From: Pristiophorus japonicus
Taxonomy: Eukaryota
Direction of reading: 5' to 3'
Length of the DNA: 64,000 nt
Assembly (NCBI RefSeq): GCF_044704955.1
Contig: NC_092006.1
Location: 4,774,001 to 4,838,000 of the forward strand
The stretch's first letter is position 1. Every line of letters starts with the position of its first letter. The notes beneath the pieces were generated by a model that made no database searches, was not told the DNA's origin, and was given only the letters and a program-made list of their open reading frames with translations. Below, piece by piece: positions 61,807 through 64,000 of the stretch. Both the position numbers and the translations under genes were made by a program.

Positions 61807-62070
61807 TTTATTTGTATTTGTAACATCGGACAGTGAGCCGTGTTAACTACGACTTGAATAATATCGTGCTCACAGACAGCACAATGCATTTAAGAACAAT
61901 ACAAGCGAGGAGAGACAAGCCGGGACTGAACGGAAATGGCAGGCGACGTGTCGTCTTCGGAGTAGCGGATGATGGGTCAAGAGAGGATTTCGACATGTTT
62001 CGAAGCTCCCGCAGAATTCCCCGTTTGCAAAGCGGCTTGAAATTGCACCGGTGGTGTTTCGGCGTTAAGG
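61807..62070 (-). CDS. Candidate terminal exon encoding a stalk and Lys-containing TM
   Basis: ...PGLSLLACIVLKCIVLSVSTILFKS*, TAG at 61849-61847, AATAAA about 35 nt downstream; acceptor not defined. Confidence 0.35.
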
Positions 62071-62164
62071 TTCTCCAATCGGCGTTACAATGGTTCTGCG
62101 TTGGTCAGTTTCCTCTTGCGATTAATTATTGATCAATGCGCATCAGATCGACAGAGTTCTTATA

Positions 62165-64000
62165 TTCAGAGGAAAGGTTGGATAGGCTGGCGTTGTTGTC
62201 TTTGGAACAGAGGAGGCTGAGGGGAGAGCTAATTGAGGTGTGTAAAATGCTGAGGGGCCAGGATAGAGTGGATAGGACGGACCTGTTTCCCTTGGCAGAG
62301 GGGTCAACAACCAGGGGGCATAGACTGAACGTAATTGGGGGGAGGTTTAGAGGGGAGTTCAGGAGAACTTTGTTCACCCAGAGGGTGGTGGGGGTCTGGG
62401 GCGGAGCTCGCTGCCTGAAAGGGCGGTAGAGGCAGAAACCCTCACCACATTTGGATGTGCACCTGAAGTGCCGTAACCTACAGGGCTACGGACCAAGAGC
62501 GGGAAAGTGGGATTAGGCTGGGTGGCTCTTGGTCGGCCGGCCCGGACACGATGGGCCGTAATGGCCTCCTTCCGGGCTGTAAGTTTCTAGCGTTTCTATG
62601 GTTTCAGAGGAAACTTTCCACCATGCTTCATATCCATGAGCTGTTCACTTTCCTTTCCTGTCGGACTGTTGGATCCGCCTTAAATGCCAGTTGGGCGTAA
62701 AGAGTCTATGAGAGAAAACAGAAACCATTATCGCGGCTCACATCATCACCATCGGAACGGAGTGACAGGAGGAGGCCATTCAGCCCCTCGAGCATGTTCC
62801 CCCACTCAATAAGATAAGAACATAAGAAATAGGAGCAGGAGTCGGCCATTCGGCCCCTCGAGCCTGCTCCGCCACTTAATGAGATCATGGCCGATCTGAT
62901 CATGGACTCAGCTCCACTCCCCTGCCTGCTCCCCATAACCTCTTATCGCCATCGTTCAAGAAACTGTCTATCTCTGTCTTAAATTTATTCAATGTCCCGG
63001 CTTCCACAGCTCTCTGAGGCAGCAAATTCCACAGATTCACAATCCTCTGAGAGAAGAAATTTCTCCTCATCTCAGTTTTAAATGGGCGGCCCCTTATTCT
63101 AAGATCGTGCCCCCTAGTTCTAGTCTCCCCCATCAGTGGAAACATCCTCTCTGCATCCACAGCTGATCCTGTATCTTAACTCACTCTACCCACCTTGGTT
63201 CCCTAACCCTTAATCCCCTTACCCAACAAGAGTCGATCCACCTCTGTCTTGACATTTCCAACTGACCCCTGACCTCGACAGCTTTTTGGGGGAGAGAGTT
63301 CCAGATTCCCGCTCCCCTTTGTGTGAAGAAGTGTTTCCTGTCATCACCCCTGAACGGTCTGGCTCGAAATTTAAGGTGACGTCCCCTTGGTCTGGACTCA
63401 CCCCGCCAAAGGAACTCATTTCTCTCTCTATCCACCTATCGAACACTTTAATCATCATAAACAACTCGATTAGATCGCCCTTTAATCTTCTATACTCCAG
63501 GGAATAAAAGCTTAGTCTGTGCGACCTGTCTTAATAATTTAACGCTTTTAGCCCCTGTATTATTAGTTAGGCCACAGCTGAAGTACTGCGTGCAGCTCTG
63601 GTCACCACATTACAGGAAAGATGTGATTGCACTGGAGAGGGTGCAGAGGAGATTTACCAGGATGTTGCACTGGAGAGGGTGCAGAGGAGATTTACCAGGA
63701 TGTTGCACTAGAGAGGGTGCACAGGAGATTTACCAGGATGTTGCACTAGAGAGGGTACAGAGGAGATTTACCAGGGTGTTGCACTGGAGAGGGTGCAGAG
63801 GAGATTTACCAGGATGTTGCACTGGAGAGGGTGCAGAGGAGATTTACCTGGATGTTGCACTGGAGAGGGTACAGAGGAGATTTACTAGGATGTTGCACTG
63901 GAGAAGGTGCAGAGGAGATTTACCAGGATGTTGCACTGGAGAGGGTGCAGAGGAGATTTACCAGGATGTTGCACTGGAGAGGGTGCAGAGGAGATTTACC
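62165..64000. mobile_element. CR1 fragments; the last (63565-64000, plus) has a 38-bp tandem expansion
   Basis: Unit GTTGCACTGGAGAGGGTGCAGAGGAGATTTACCAGGAT from ~63628 to the window end. Confidence 0.88.

Overview
Repeat-rich vertebrate genomic DNA with three assembly gaps. The CR1 LINEs, Deu-domain SINEs and Tx1 LINEs point to a cartilaginous fish (inference; species not determinable). All alignments were done by eye. Main contents: (1) A full-length but defective endogenous retrovirus on the minus strand (5887-18641) with ~99% identical LTRs, a tRNA-Ser PBS and a PPT. Its class I (gamma/epsilon-like) gag-pro-pol carries an extra CNPase-like 2H phosphoesterase domain between protease and RT. 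Its env is non-gamma type, with a short SU and a long fusion subunit. A young, almost intact CR1 splits the 3' LTR. (2) An apparently intact plus-strand Ig-superfamily gene: leader, germline-joined VJ, C1, Arg-containing TM and short tail (45969-~55452). A disrupted paralog lies on the minus strand (~28500-32380), and there are weaker hints of further TCR-like TM and C1 exons. (3) A ~25-copy minisatellite whose unit matches the CTCF core motif (21516-23818). (4) An internally deleted Buster/Charlie hAT transposon, a solo LTR of a second family, nested Tx1 LINEs, many CR1/L2/SINE fragments and TE-derived minisatellites.
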